Shown piece by piece: positions 12,001 to 23,830 of a DNA stretch of 51,014 bases. Location of the stretch: positions 25,029,825 through 25,080,838 of the forward strand of contig NC_068999.1 in NCBI RefSeq assembly GCF_001194135.2, written 5' to 3'. This stretch comes from Octopus bimaculoides (Eukaryota). A program made the position numbers and the translations under genes. The notes under the pieces were generated by a model, which saw only the letters and a program-made list of their open reading frames with translations, was not told the DNA's origin and made no database searches. The number at the start of each line of letters is the position of its first letter. The stretch's first letter is position 1.

Positions 12001-13312
12001 TCTCCAAGTCTTTCTAACTCTAATTCTGAAGTCACTAACTAGTAACTTACGTTGGGTTGTACACTCTTCACATGAGAAAGACTTTGCATTTTCAAGCATC
12101 CATCTATCTCGTTGCCTGGTGAGGAGGCAGTCAATCTGGCTTATGTGCTCACCAGACTGATAAGTCATTAGGTGGCTGGCTGGTTTTTTGAAGTTAGTGT
12201 TGCAGATCATGAAATCATTTGCATCACAGAACTCCAGCAGTCTTGTTCCCTCCTCATTTCTAGGTGAAAAACTGTAGCCCCCATGCACTACCTGGAATCC
12301 ATAGGGATGCTTTCCACCGTGTCCATTGAAGTCACCAGCCACAATAACAAAGTCTCTGTCATTTGTCATTGAGGTGGTCTGCAAATGGACCTCATATAAT
12401 TTGTCCTTCTGCTCATCAGTCAGTCCAGACTGAGGAGCATAGACGGAGATAAATGTAACTGTTAATTTACCTATGATGAGTCTCATCTTAATTACCCTAT
12501 CACATACTCTGACTACCTCAATTACCCTATCACATACTCTGACTACCTCAATTACCCTATCACATACTCTGACTACCTCAATTACGTTATCTACCCACTT
12601 TTCTGCTAACAGTATGCCTACACCATCTACTCCATCCTTCTTGCTGACCCAGAAGAATCTGAATCTCTGTCTCTTACCCATGAGGAATCTAGCTGAGGTT
12701 CCCCTCCATCTTACTTCTTGCAAACCACACACATCAACATGGCGTCGCTCCAACATTTCAATAATCTGCTCACTCCTTCCTTTCATTGCACCAACACTGG
12801 TGATAGCCGACCTGAGATTGAGTACTTGGGAGTGGTGGTGGCAAGGTAGTTGTGGAAATTTTGTCATCACCTGAAAAGAAGATCTGCACAAATGCTTGCC
12901 AGCTAGCATAGAGCTTTGGTACAGAGTTCATTCAGTGAATTACAATGAATCACAGTTTACCCCTACCTCACCCAACATTTAGAACAAGAGCCAACAAGTG
13001 GGTATGAGAATAGGGTGATTACATTGGGCAGTTTAAGTATTATGGGTCTAAATATCTTTATATGACGTACCTTTAACTGTACACGGCATTCATCAGGATG
13101 CCTGTATGAGGGTATAAGGGGGTATAAGGGTAGAATCAAAATATATATTCACACACACAGCACAGGAATTGTATGAGTTGCCAGGTGAAAATGTTAATGT
13201 ACGAAATGGTGATGGTGAGAGCATAATGGATGTGCAAAATGGACGTTGAGCACTGCCCTTGTGCAAACTAAGTTTACACACCATATAGCTAGACAGGCTC
13301 AGAAGAAAAGCC
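8566..13312 (-). mobile_element. Near full-length, decayed RTE-clade LINE (APE endonuclease, RT, long 3' UTR, (GAT)n tail)
   Basis: APE in ORF 11986-12909 (VCGLQEVRW, SVYAPQ, AGDFNGH). RT motifs RGIKLLDQVMK, TTDAIFLVRQLQEKY, GVYQGSVLSPLLF and YADD (10719-10708). C-terminus GRPRRTWDEV ends at 9768. Multiple stops and frameshifts. Confidence 0.93.
13247..13312 (-). ncRNA. Candidate decayed HDV-like self-cleaving ribozyme at the RTE 5' end
   Basis: Minus strand: GGCTT...TGAGC...TAGCT ATAT GG TGTGTAAAC-TTA-GTTTGCACA AGGGCAGT GCTCA. This gives P1-like, P2 (TGAGC/GCTCA) and P4 pairings, but no P3/L3 is evident. Confidence 0.4.
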
Positions 13313-13747
13313 ATAGTTTTTAATAATAATTATTATTATCATTAAAATATTAATACTAAATTAATATACATGTACCTTTTCCAAAATCAATGAAAAGGGA
13401 GAATACCTATGAACAACTGTTTTGAAGCTTATGGTTCCTCTACCATGATTATAAATTCACATTTATATCTATAATCACTGGTACACTTGGTTATGTTAAT
13501 AAATGTGCAGGCTACAATCTAGAAAAGATGTGGTTCTTAAGCAAAGAAAGAGAAAGATTAATCTGTAAGGGGTAAAGTCAAAATATGCAAGACTTTCCTA
13601 AAGTTGATGTGTAACAATTATAATTGTTATCGTTGTTCTTATCAAAATTCCAATGATGGAGCTTTTGCTTCTTTGACAGACATCCGCTCACGCTTTCTAA
13701 GAAGAATATCAATAAGAAAAAAAAAAAAAAAAAGAAAGGCATACATA

Positions 13748-13912
13748 CAGGTGTGACTGTTTGGTAAGAAGCTTACTTCCCAACCACATGGTTCCCAGTT
13801 CACTCCCACTGAATGGCACCTTGGGCAAGTGTCTTCTACTATAATCTCGGGCTGACCAAAGCCTTGTGAGTGGATTTGGGAGATGGAAACTGAAAGAAGC
13901 TGGGAAATGAAA
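13748..13912 (+). mobile_element. SINE family A head
   Basis: GGTGTGACTGTTTGGTAAGAAGCTTACTTCCCAACCACATGGTTCC...GGAAACTGAAAGAAGC. Confidence 0.8.
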
Positions 13913-13954
13913 AGAATGCCTGGCGTGTATCTTGTATGTATGTATGCACATACA

Positions 13955-13992
<38 letters not shown>

Positions 13993-14444
13993 GTACATGT
14001 TTATACACGTATGTGTTCATGAGTTTTTCTATCACGACCATTAAGCAACACACACGTGCTTCCTTTTTTCTCTTCTCCAGAGAAAGGTAAATTGTCCATA
14101 ACGCAATACATTCTTAGACATATTTTCCTCATTCCAGCATGAAACTAATAGACGATTTTGTTATTCTGTTATCCGTTTGTTTATGTTAATTATAAAATCA
14201 TTCCTTGTACATACACATACACACAATACACACGCATGCACACAGACGTTAATATAGTGATGAATTGCTCTGTAGTTTTGCTGCTGTCTGCAAGCGAGTC
14301 CAAGCAAAAAGATTACTGTGATATCACATTGCCNNNNNNNNNNNNNNNNNNNNNNNNNNNNNNNNNNNNNNNNNNNNNNNNNNNNNNNNNNNNNNNNATG
14401 CACTGAGTTCCAACAAATTGTTATTTGTCCTGCTATGACAGAAC

Positions 14445-14745
14445 AGAATTGCCAGAATCGTTATCGTACCGGACAAAATGCTTAGCAGTGTTTCGCCCTT
14501 CTTTACGTTCTGAGTTCAAATTCCGCCGAGGTCGACTCTGCCTTTCATCCTTGTGGGGTCAATAAAATTATTATTAGCAGCATTTTCTCCGTCATTACAT
14601 TCTGGATTGAAATTCCGGTGAGCTCTATTTTACATTTCATCCTTTCGGGCTTGACAAAGTAAGTACCAGTTAAGTACTGGGGTCAATGTGACCAACCTTC
14701 TCCAAATTTCAGGTCTTATGATTATTGTAGAAAGGATCATTATTC
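14445..14745 (+). mobile_element. Two tandem partial SINE family B copies
   Basis: The GAGTTCAAATTCCGCCGAGGTCGAC...GCCTTTCATCC core appears twice (about 14510-14560 and 14605-14660). Confidence 0.65.
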
Positions 14746-15479
14746 TTCTTGACTCAGGACTGAGCTGAATCTGAAGTCGAGTTAGGAATTCGTTGCATAC
14801 ATTTTTTTTCTCATCAGCATTGGAAGACATGATGGCTCTCTCTGTCTCACTTCAAAATAATGCAATGCATTTATATATTCAGACATTGTTTTCCTGTTTC
14901 GCTAAGCCCTGTCGTCACACATTGGACTAATGCTTTCCTATGCAATAATGTAAAGACTAGGTAAAATTATTTGTTTTCCTCTTTATCACTAACGTTAGAA
15001 GATGGTTTGCATGTAGAATGTCAGTATAGATACACTTTTAATTTGTTTTCTTTTTCTCGTGTACTTTTAGATGACAGACACATTTTCTAAGTTGATTTAG
15101 TTGTCTTTTCAACGTTGAAGACTTGCTTGTGTGTCCGCGATGCGCCCAAACAATCTTCCCCCACCACCTATCCTGGAAATCTTGTTAATGATAGTGGAAA
15201 TGATGATAAAAGTAGTGAAAGTGATAATAATGGTGATCATGATAGGATAGTGATAATAATTGTGGTAGTGTCTGTTACCAGTGAAGTTGCTGCACACAGT
15301 AGGCAAGGAGTGTCTGATCGAACATCGGCAGGTCGTCATGAAGTCATTGATTAGAATCAGGATCAAAATCAAAATCGACAAACCCCTCCCCACAAAATCT
15401 CAGCTTTTGTGTCTATAGTAGAAAGGATTATTATTATTATTATTATTATTATCATTATTATTATTATTATTATTATCAT

Positions 15480-15511
<32 letters not shown>

Positions 15512-15512
15512 T

Positions 15513-15730
15513 AACGGCAGCAAGCTGGCAGAATCGTTAGCACACTGGACGAAATGCTTAGTGGTATTTCGCCCGTCACTACGTTCTGCGTTCAAATTCC
15601 ACCTAGGTCGACTTTGCCTTTCATCCTTTCGGGGTTGACAAAATAAGTACCAGTTGAACACTGGGTTCAATGTAATCGACCAATCCCCTCCCCCAAAATT
15701 GATGCCCTTGTGGCATACTTTGAAACCATT
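15513..15730 (+). mobile_element. Full-length SINE family B with (ATT)n tail
   Basis: GGCAGCAAGCTGGCAGAATCGTTAGC head, GTTCAAATTCC B-box-like motif, and (ATT)n from 15728. Confidence 0.85.
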
Positions 15731-15796
15731 ATTATTATTATTATTATTATTATTGCTGTTGTTATTGTTGTTGTTGTTGTTGTTCTTATTATTATT

Positions 15797-16059
15797 AAAA
15801 CCCTAAAGAATCCCTCTCAACACATGGCTATGATGCTTCCCCACTACTTCTGTTTGTGATCAGAGATGCACATGTCGCCAGTCATTAAGGGACATGCTCA
15901 AATAGTGAAGGTCAAACAATTGTGAAGCAAATTTGCGGTATCGAGCAAAATATTTGCTGTAAACCATCTTTTATACCAAGACAAAACATTTACATATAAA
16001 CTCTTCCAGTCAGTTAAGCTCAAAAGCCATGAGAGCCAGTGCCTGATATTGCATAGGGC

Positions 16060-16060
<1 letters not shown>
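15797..16060. repeat. About 260-bp unclassified segment embedded in (ATT)n on both sides, possibly the end of a TAA-targeting LINE
   Basis: Complex sequence flanked by (ATT)n at 15728-15796 and 16062-16140. No ORF recognised. Confidence 0.35.
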
Positions 16061-16117
<57 letters not shown>

Positions 16118-16141
16118 TTTATTATTGTTATTATTATTATC

Positions 16142-18640
16142 ATAAACAACTCATTTGCAGGAGTAACAAAATTGCAGGAGCAAATCTCCCTAGAAGGGAA
16201 CCATGCGTATCTGAGTGAAACAGAAAAACTCCTCAATAGAGGGGATAGGAAAACCAATCTTGCTATCCCTTCAGATTTGATGGAGAAGACGGCCAGAAGA
16301 ACCATTGTATACAGGTGTATGTTGCTAAAGACGAGGAAAAATTTCAATGCGCCACTCATCCAAGTAGATAAATGCTTGAAGGGCATTTGGACTGATATTG
16401 ATTTCCTCACACGAGGAAGACAATATAGTTCTGTGGAAGTGAGATTCCTCCCAGAGGCACTGGCCCAAAAGCATTCAATGGGCCAGTGCAAACACAAGGA
16501 TCTTTTACTTCTCACATACTTTATACGGCGGGTGGTGAAAATTAAAATATCAGATGTGCCACCAGAATTAAACATTTGGTGGCAGGTTGCGTGTGCTGTG
16601 CTCGAAGACCCAGATTCACTTCTAGAAATTAAAAAATATCGGAAGGAGAACTGGTCCAGAATCGGGTTGGAGATTTTGATTTAGGTAAAAAGGTATCCCT
16701 GAACAAGGCCCCACCCCCGACCTTATCGAGTAGCCCAATGGAGCACAACCCCAGGTCGTGGTGAGAGGCAGAAAGTCAAAGTGCCACACTTGTGGGTTTA
16801 ACACATATTTGAAGGCCCTCTGCCCACAACAGCAACAAAATGGAGCTTGAGGAATGGCGGCTCTACCACCATACCACCATCACCAAAAGAAAGCCAAAAG
16901 CTGCAGCAACAATCAATGCAGCAGCAGACATTAAAGCAACATTTTCAACAGTAGAATCTCGCCACCACAATGGCACCAACAACTGTAGCGGTGGAAACAA
17001 GCAACGCCCGACCATCCCTACAGGCGGGCGACACAGATACATCATGTATTCCCGACACTGATGATTCAGAAGCCTTATCATGCACGAGGAGGAGTTGAAT
17101 CCCCCAAGAAGGACTTGTGTTGGGGAAAAGCGGAAAAATAGTTCAGAAAAAGGCCGTCCTAAGCTGAAAGTGAAAAGACAGGACGAGGAAAATTCACCTA
17201 ATCCATCAACTACACTAACAACAACACTGACACACTCACCCAAATCTCAACAACAAAAGCAATGCACACTCATTCAACCACAACCACAGTTACAAAAAGC
17301 ACAAAAACAGAAACAAATACACGAAGAGAAATAATAATCACAAGAACAACACGTACAACTTACTAGAGAACCCGAACGCCTCATCAACGTCACAGTCATT
17401 TGCAAGAGCAACAGCGAACTGATGCAGGAGGTAAGGGACGACACAAATATTCATGCAAAAGGAGTAGGGTTCGATGAACTTCCGTCGAAAACTCCCCATG
17501 ACAGACAGACAGCTGATAAAAACTGATACAAACACAGACCTAGAACTTAAAAAAATATCCCAAAGACATTGGACCTTTTAGGCTAAAGCCGGATAAAAGA
17601 ACATTGGGAAGGGCCTTCATTAATGATAATGCGTCAGACGAGGCAGCTGAATCAGCCGACCATCACGAAATTCAAGGTAAGTGACTTTATTCCATTTTGT
17701 TTCTCCGACAAACATGGTCGTTTTCAGAGTTGGGTGCGTGAATGTTCGCGGGCTGGGGTCAACTTGGAAGCAAGGTCACTTGTTAAATGACCTCAGGCCA
17801 CTCGATTTAGATGTAGCTGCAATTAGCGAGACAAGGATTTCTAATGCGTAAGCACTGGTGCCCATTTTCGATGACTATGAGATATTCTGATCATGTGGTC
17901 TGTCGGGAGCAGGCGGTAGAGTAGTAGTGCTATTCTGAAAATCCTTCGATCTCGAAATAAAGGCAATCTTCTTGGACCCAGACAGCAGGTTGGTGGTCCT
18001 AGATGTGAATAGTTTCGAAGGTAGTGCCCTTAGACTGGCGGTCGTCTACTCCCTGACAGGGGATGGAAGGCCAGAATTCTTCAGGCGTCTAGAAATGTTT
18101 CGCAGTTTAGTACTAGTAGGGGACTGGAATGGAATTTTGGATGCACGGAAGGACTGTGTGGGGCTGGGTGCAAAAGCCTCAGAAACCTACTCAGATACTT
18201 CCAGTTGTCTGATAGGTATCGATTGGATTTTCCTGATGTGCCAGGGTGGACATGGAACAACCACAATGAGTCATCCAGATCTAGATAGACTATTTCTAGA
18301 TAGACTATTTCTAGATAGACTATTTGTTAGGTCAGAGGATAGGGATAGTGTAGGTTGTCCACAATTTAAATTGGTCGGATACACAGACCACAAGTTTATG
18401 ATCTGCTCAGTCGAGTTAGATAAGAACCGTAGAGAGGGATCCGATTATTGGAACTTAAATGCGTCCTTTCCGGCACGCAAAGACTGCAGCGACCGAATTA
18501 GTGGAGTAGTTAAGCAGCAGTTGACGGCAGCAATCGTCAACAACCGATGAAGAGGGCGATTAGAGCAGCATTGATAGCGTTTAGCAAAGAGTTATCAATA
18601 GAAAGGAATAGATTAGAGGGTGAACTAGTTAGCAAACTCT
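16142..18640 (+). mobile_element. 5' half of a Tx1/L1-clade LINE: ORF1 remnant with a zinc knuckle, plus ORF2 APE domain
   Basis: GRKSKCHTCGFNTYLKALCP at 16782-16823 (CX2CX4HX4C with H changed to Y). ORF2 starts at 17714 with MVVFRVGCVNVRGL...DVAAISETR, then LVGDWNGILD, TDHK and YWNLNAS. No RT follows. Confidence 0.8.
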
Positions 18641-20825
18641 CAGTTCCACTCACATTGAAACTGCACAGTAGCACTTTGAGAATATTGTCACCTATACATG
18701 CTCAAAACACGTTCCTACGAAATCCACTAGCACAAACAGAAACCGGCTCCCTAGAAAAAAAGAAAACACTCATCAGGCGCATCAAAAGACTCAGTAAAAA
18801 AATGAGCCAATTAAAATATTCCCACATACAACATCCACAATCAACAACAAGGAAAAAGCTGGAGTTGGAAAAAACTTCATCTGCAGACCGACATGAAACT
18901 TTCCATTGAAAATCAAAGCGCTGCAGAGGAACAGTGGGTAATCAAAAAAATCAAACAGAACCCAAAAGTGTTCTATTCTTATGCAAATAAGCATAGAACC
19001 GCTGTCTCACCCATCGGGCCATTGAGCGATGGTAACGGCATTCCCCAACACGATGCTAAAGAAATGGCAGAAATACTTCAGAAACAATACTGCTCCGTCT
19101 TTAGTGATCCCACTGATATTGACGTAAGGGAAGCGAACGAAGATGATTCCCAACATAAAATCTCGGACATAACTTTCACTGCCTCAGACATCATAGCAGC
19201 AATAAATGAGGTCAAATACTATTCTGCTGTAGGCCCTGATTTATTCCCCGCTAGTCTCCTGAAGGAATGTAGACACCAACTTGCAGTCCCTCTAACCAAC
19301 CTCTGGAGAAATACTCTAGTCTCAGGTTATATACTGAAACAGCTCATATCCCAGTCTATCATACCGGCTTTCAAACAGGGAAACAGATCCCTCGCAGTCA
19401 ACTATCGCCCAATCTTACTCACCTCCCACATCATTATTAAAGTGTTTGAAAGAGTGGTAAGATCAAGGATAGCTGCCTTCCTGGAGATCCACAAACTCCT
19501 AAATGCAAATCAGCATGGCTTTCGCTGCGGCAGGGACTGTCTAACACTGCTCTTACACAACATTTAGGATATACTTAAAGCCTTGGGAACAGGTTCGAAT
19601 TCTGATGTCATATATCTTGACTTCAGTAAAGCGTTCGACAGAGTTGACTATTATATCTTACTCTCAAAATTGGCAAATGTGGGAATTCGTGGAAAACTTC
19701 TACACTGGATTGAGTATTTCCTGGCGAATAGAACACAACATGCTGTGGTCGATGGAGTCCACTCAAACCCAGCAAAAGTCACCAGTGGGCCCGCTCCTCT
19801 TTATAGTCTATATAAACGACCTTTCCAGCGTCGTTAAACACTGCAAAGTGAAAATATTTGCTGATGACACAAAGCTCCAAAAAATCATCAATGAAGAAGA
19901 AGACCGAACTCAACTCCAGTCTGATCTATATGCGGTGAGTCAATAGATAAACAAAAACAAAATGCAACTAAACGAGGAAAATTTGAGCTGATGCATTTTG
20001 GAAGACGGACTATACTAAAACAGCCATACTCTCTTCCTTCAGGAGAACCGCTCACAGCATCTAATAATATCAGAGACCTAGGAGTAATTGTCGATAAAAA
20101 TCTCAGTTGGAGTGCCCACATCAACAATAAGGTCGATATAGCTCGTAGAATGAGCTATACCTGGATCTTAAGAACCTTCCAGTGTCATCATTCCACTTTT
20201 CTCCTTTTTGGGACAGCCACACCTCGAATACTGCAGCCCCCTGTGGTCTCCCCATACAAAGCAAAACATCTCGAAAATTGAATCACCCCAGAGTGCATTC
20301 ACTAAACGAATTAAGGGCATGACTGATCTCGATTACTGGGACCGGCTTAAAGCCTTGAAACTCTACTCTCTCCAGCGCCGCCGAGAGCGGTATATCATTT
20401 GCACGATGTGGAGAACATACCGCCAGCATTACCCAAATGACCTGAACATTAGCTTCAAGGTTCATCCAAGGCTGTGACCACGGGCCATACGTCCCCTGCC
20501 CAATTCAGGATCACAACATATAGGTACACTGCGACACAATTTCTTTTCCTCAACAAGCCCTGCTCTGTTTAACATTGTCCCAAAACTGATCAAAGAGGAA
20601 AAGGATCCCATCACCTTTAAACGAAGGCTGGACAAATTTCTTCAAGGAATACAAGATAAGCCACCCATGCCTGGATACAACTCACTCAACAAGAACTCTC
20701 TACTTGAATGGACCATGATAACACAAAACTTGACTTAAAAAGGATTTAGATAATCCTATCAGGTGGTGCTATTAAATTAGACATGGCCTGGACTAATCTT
20801 TTGTCAAAACATATCTAAGTTTATA
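18641..20825 (+). mobile_element. 5'-truncated CR1-clade LINE (RT and 3' end), decayed
   Basis: IKQNPKVFYSY, AVGPD, NYRPILLTSH, NQHGFR, DVIYLDFSKAFDRV, GPLLFIVYINDL, FADD (19857-19868), RPHLEYCSPLWSP-like and LYSLQRRRERY. The PQG motif is deleted near 19790. Confidence 0.92.
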
Positions 20826-21145
20826 CACACACACACACATATATCAGAGGCGACTCCTGGTCATCAGTGTCACTCGGGCTCATCACAGATTTTGCATAAG
20901 GCACATGCCTGCTCGAAGAATTTCACGTTTCTTGCAATATTTCTAACCCCAAACGGCTTATTTTTTATATCTAGCACTTTGTCTTTCTCTATTTCTAAGT
21001 TAAGGGTGAAAATAAAGCAACTTTGCAAAACACAACTGATCTTTACACATAGACACACAGAATAACACCAATGAAATAACGACAGCGGAGTGCTCAACAA
21101 ACATCAGCGATCTGACTGTCGCCTGTACTCTTGACGAGAGATGCA

Positions 21146-21695
21146 GGATCTTTTTTGGTTTGACGGGCAACATTTTTCATTAATGTTTTATGTAGTGTTT
21201 TTGGTACCGAAACACTTTCAAACTTCGAATACTTGTATATTTTGTGTTATAGAACATATAAAAAATTTTGTATTCGAAGTTATTTCATGTAAAAAATTGT
21301 AGTATTTCCGTAATTTCAACCAATCGCTGACGTCTATGGAGGTGAAAACAATTACGCCGTGGAATTTAAACAACGGTGTCAAGGGATCTTTTCCCTTGAA
21401 TAAAATTAGTGCCGTTGTTTGTCAACAAAAACTATCCGTTGTCAACAACTATCAGCGGTATATATTTCGTTTGCTACTGTTATTTATGACATCGTTCGTG
21501 CGTTTGTACTGGTTTTAGCTTTAGGGTATCAGGGTTAGGGTTCGGGTTTTAGAGTTAGGGTTAGTTTTAGGATTACGGTTAGGGTTATGATTATTTTTGC
21601 CATAACCTTAACTCTAACCCTAAAACCCTATAACTCATAACCATAACCCTAACCCTAACCATAACCCCAACCCTAACCCTAAAACCCTAACCCTA
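21146..21695. mobile_element. Left part of a GGATC-terminal MITE carrying telomeric repeats; right end lost in the gap
   Basis: 21175-21330 is highly similar to 29173-29330. It starts GGATC like the complete copy at 29146-29897. Confidence 0.75.
21512..21695. repeat. Degenerate (TTAGGG)n followed by inverted (CCCTAA)n
   Basis: G-rich variants at 21512-21590 and C-rich variants at 21601-21695, running into the N-gap. Confidence 0.9.
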
Positions 21696-21910
21696 NNNNN
21701 NNNNNNNNNNNNNNNNNNNNNNNNNNNNNNNNNNNNNNNNNNNNNNNNNNNNNNNNNNNNNNNNNNNNNNNNNNNNNNNNNNNNNNNNNNNNNNNNNNNN
21801 NNNNNNNNNNNNNNNNNNNNNNNNNNNNNNNNNNNNNNNNNNNNNNNNNNNNNNNNNNNNNNNNNNNNNNNNNNNNNNNNNNNNNNNNNNNNNNNNNNNN
21901 NNNNNNNNNN

Positions 21911-22504
21911 TGGTTGAGTCCAAAAATTAATTTTATAGTCTTTAAGAAGAAACCGCGGTTCCTTCGGCACTATAGGTTCAGTTCTGTCCGCAATATTATA
22001 TTTCTCCATTAGTTTCTTAACATCCAAATTGGTCTTTCTGAGCGTCCATCCATTTGTAATTTTATAATTTTTTTCAATCTCCTTCCAAAGTAAATTCATG
22101 TAATGCTCCTTATTCAGTTTATAAATATTTCTAGTCTTGTCAGATTTAACGAAAATTCCTTTATCACTTTTCACTTGTTTGGTAACAGTATTAAGATATC
22201 TCAAATGCTGGTTCTTGTATGTCGATTTACGAAACTTAATATTCTTAACAATCGACCAAATATCTTCTTCAAACTTATTTAACCTATAATTATAAGGTGA
22301 GTTGTTTCTGGAACGAAACAATTTCTTAAACTTCAACTCATTCTCAGGTAAATCAGTTATTTGTTCTTTCTTTTCAAAGAAAAACGCCTTCCAAAGAATT
22401 CTGTTAATAAATGAATGTGTCTTCCTGATAAGTTCTTTAATATATACATTATTAGGTGGAATAGGTATATCTTTCAACGAAGCGTCTATGTTAAATAACT
22501 CCAT
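21911..22504 (-). mobile_element. N-terminal part of a Penelope-like retroelement RT ORF (Naiad-like); 198 codons without a stop, up to the gap
   Basis: SLKDIPIP, RILWKAFFF, KFEEDIWSIVKNIKF, VKSDKTRNIY and LKDYKINF resemble, from recalled family motifs, the DKT-containing N-terminus of Naiad-type PLE RTs. Confidence 0.7.
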
Positions 22505-23339
22505 AGGTAATATATATTTTTATATATATACACACACGTACATACACACATGCACACGCACACGTCCATATGGATTTATTGATAGTTTGCAAGATGGATA
22601 GAAAGCAGACAGACAGACAGACAGATAGATAGATAGATAAGATGCACTTACATACGCACACATACACATACACATGTGTATATGTATAACTATATATACA
22701 CACACGCATAAATATAAATGTGCGTGTACAGGCGCACTCACTCATCTATATACACCCACACACGTTTCTGCACGTATAAATGCATAAATGAACAAATTTA
22801 TGTATCGATATGTAAACATAAATAAATTTTCTAATATATGCAAGCACAAACACATATACTCCCATGTATTTGAACACACTCATACATTTTAAAATTTATA
22901 AGCACAAGGAACGTGCGCATAGAAAACTACCTACGCACATCAATGGGTGTACACATGATCCTATTTTGTTGCACATTCGCGTAACACGTAAAAAATGTTA
23001 AAAAGTGGAAGCTGTAATTTTATACACCTTCACGTGTGTACTTATTCTCATATTGTTAATCTGTGTGGGTTCACACGCGTATGTTCATATGGCGGTCTTC
23101 TATGCAGTTCAAGAGTACATCCGTGTAGTACGTTTTTTGATGTTTTTCTTAGAATAGGTTCAAGTTACAGAATATGGTGTTGTATAAGTACACTCGAGGC
23201 TAGCCGTATTTAGCCCAGGTGTGTTTGTGAAAAATGGTGAAAGTGGGGCAGTGTAAGATCCTGCAACCGAAATTGTTGTTACCTGTAACAGACGCAATAT
23301 GAGAAGACCGGTAAGTTAAATAGGAGTTAGTAAAATGTG

Positions 23340-23784
23340 TCTACCACCAATGGAGAATACGGTGCCAACTTGTTCAGGCGGTGACGAAAGGCTATCAAAA
23401 CCAAATGCCCTGGGAAAACTGACGAAAGGGGTTTTATTTCATCAGGACAATGCTCCAGCACGCAAGTTCTTCGTTTCAGTGGCTGCTGTGCGTAACTGTA
23501 GCATTGAACTGGTTGATCACCGCCCGCCGTGTTCTCCTGATTTGGCCTCATCTAATTATCATCTGTTCCCCCAACATGAAAAAACACTTGGCTGGGAACC
23601 AATATCGCAATGATCATGGCGCAATATCTGGTGTTGATGAGTTTTTTGACCAACAGGATGATAGCTTCTTCACCAAGGGGATCCAAACACGGCAACACTG
23701 ATGGAAGAAGAAAATAGACCTCATTTGGTTACAGTTCATAAGAGTATCTTGGTCTGCCTTTGAACTTTTCAACCGACGCTTGTA
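23340..23784 (+). pseudogene. Mariner transposase C-terminal remnant with the right TIR
   Basis: GVLFHQDNAPA, HRPPCSPDLASSNYHLFPNMKKHLAG and FFTKGI. Ends TGAACTTTTCAACCGACGCTTG-TA. Confidence 0.85.
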
Positions 23785-23830
23785 TGAACATGAATTTAAT
23801 ATGTTAGATGGTGGAAGCTGCGATGGTGTA

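Noticed and set aside
12491-12585. Regular direct repeats that could be mistaken for a CRISPR array
   Set aside because: The units are contiguous with no spacers, inside a eukaryotic LINE ORF, and there are no cas genes.
8540-13340. Target-site duplication around the full-length RTE
   Set aside because: No matching direct repeat is visible at the two flanks.
19857-19868. CTGATGA here and at about 17059
   Set aside because: Here it encodes the ADD of the RT active site. Neither site has a GAAA partner at the spacing seen in the repeat family.
20845-21145. 76-aa minus-strand ORF ending CALCKICDEPE
   Set aside because: No recognisable domain and no supporting splice signals; left unexplained.
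21635-22504. 289-aa ORF apparently fusing a PLE RT to telomeric repeats, suggesting a telomere-associated retroelement
   Set aside because: The frame is carried across a 215-N gap. The repeats belong to the MITE on the other side, and their orientation is opposite to that expected for telomere-primed PLEs.
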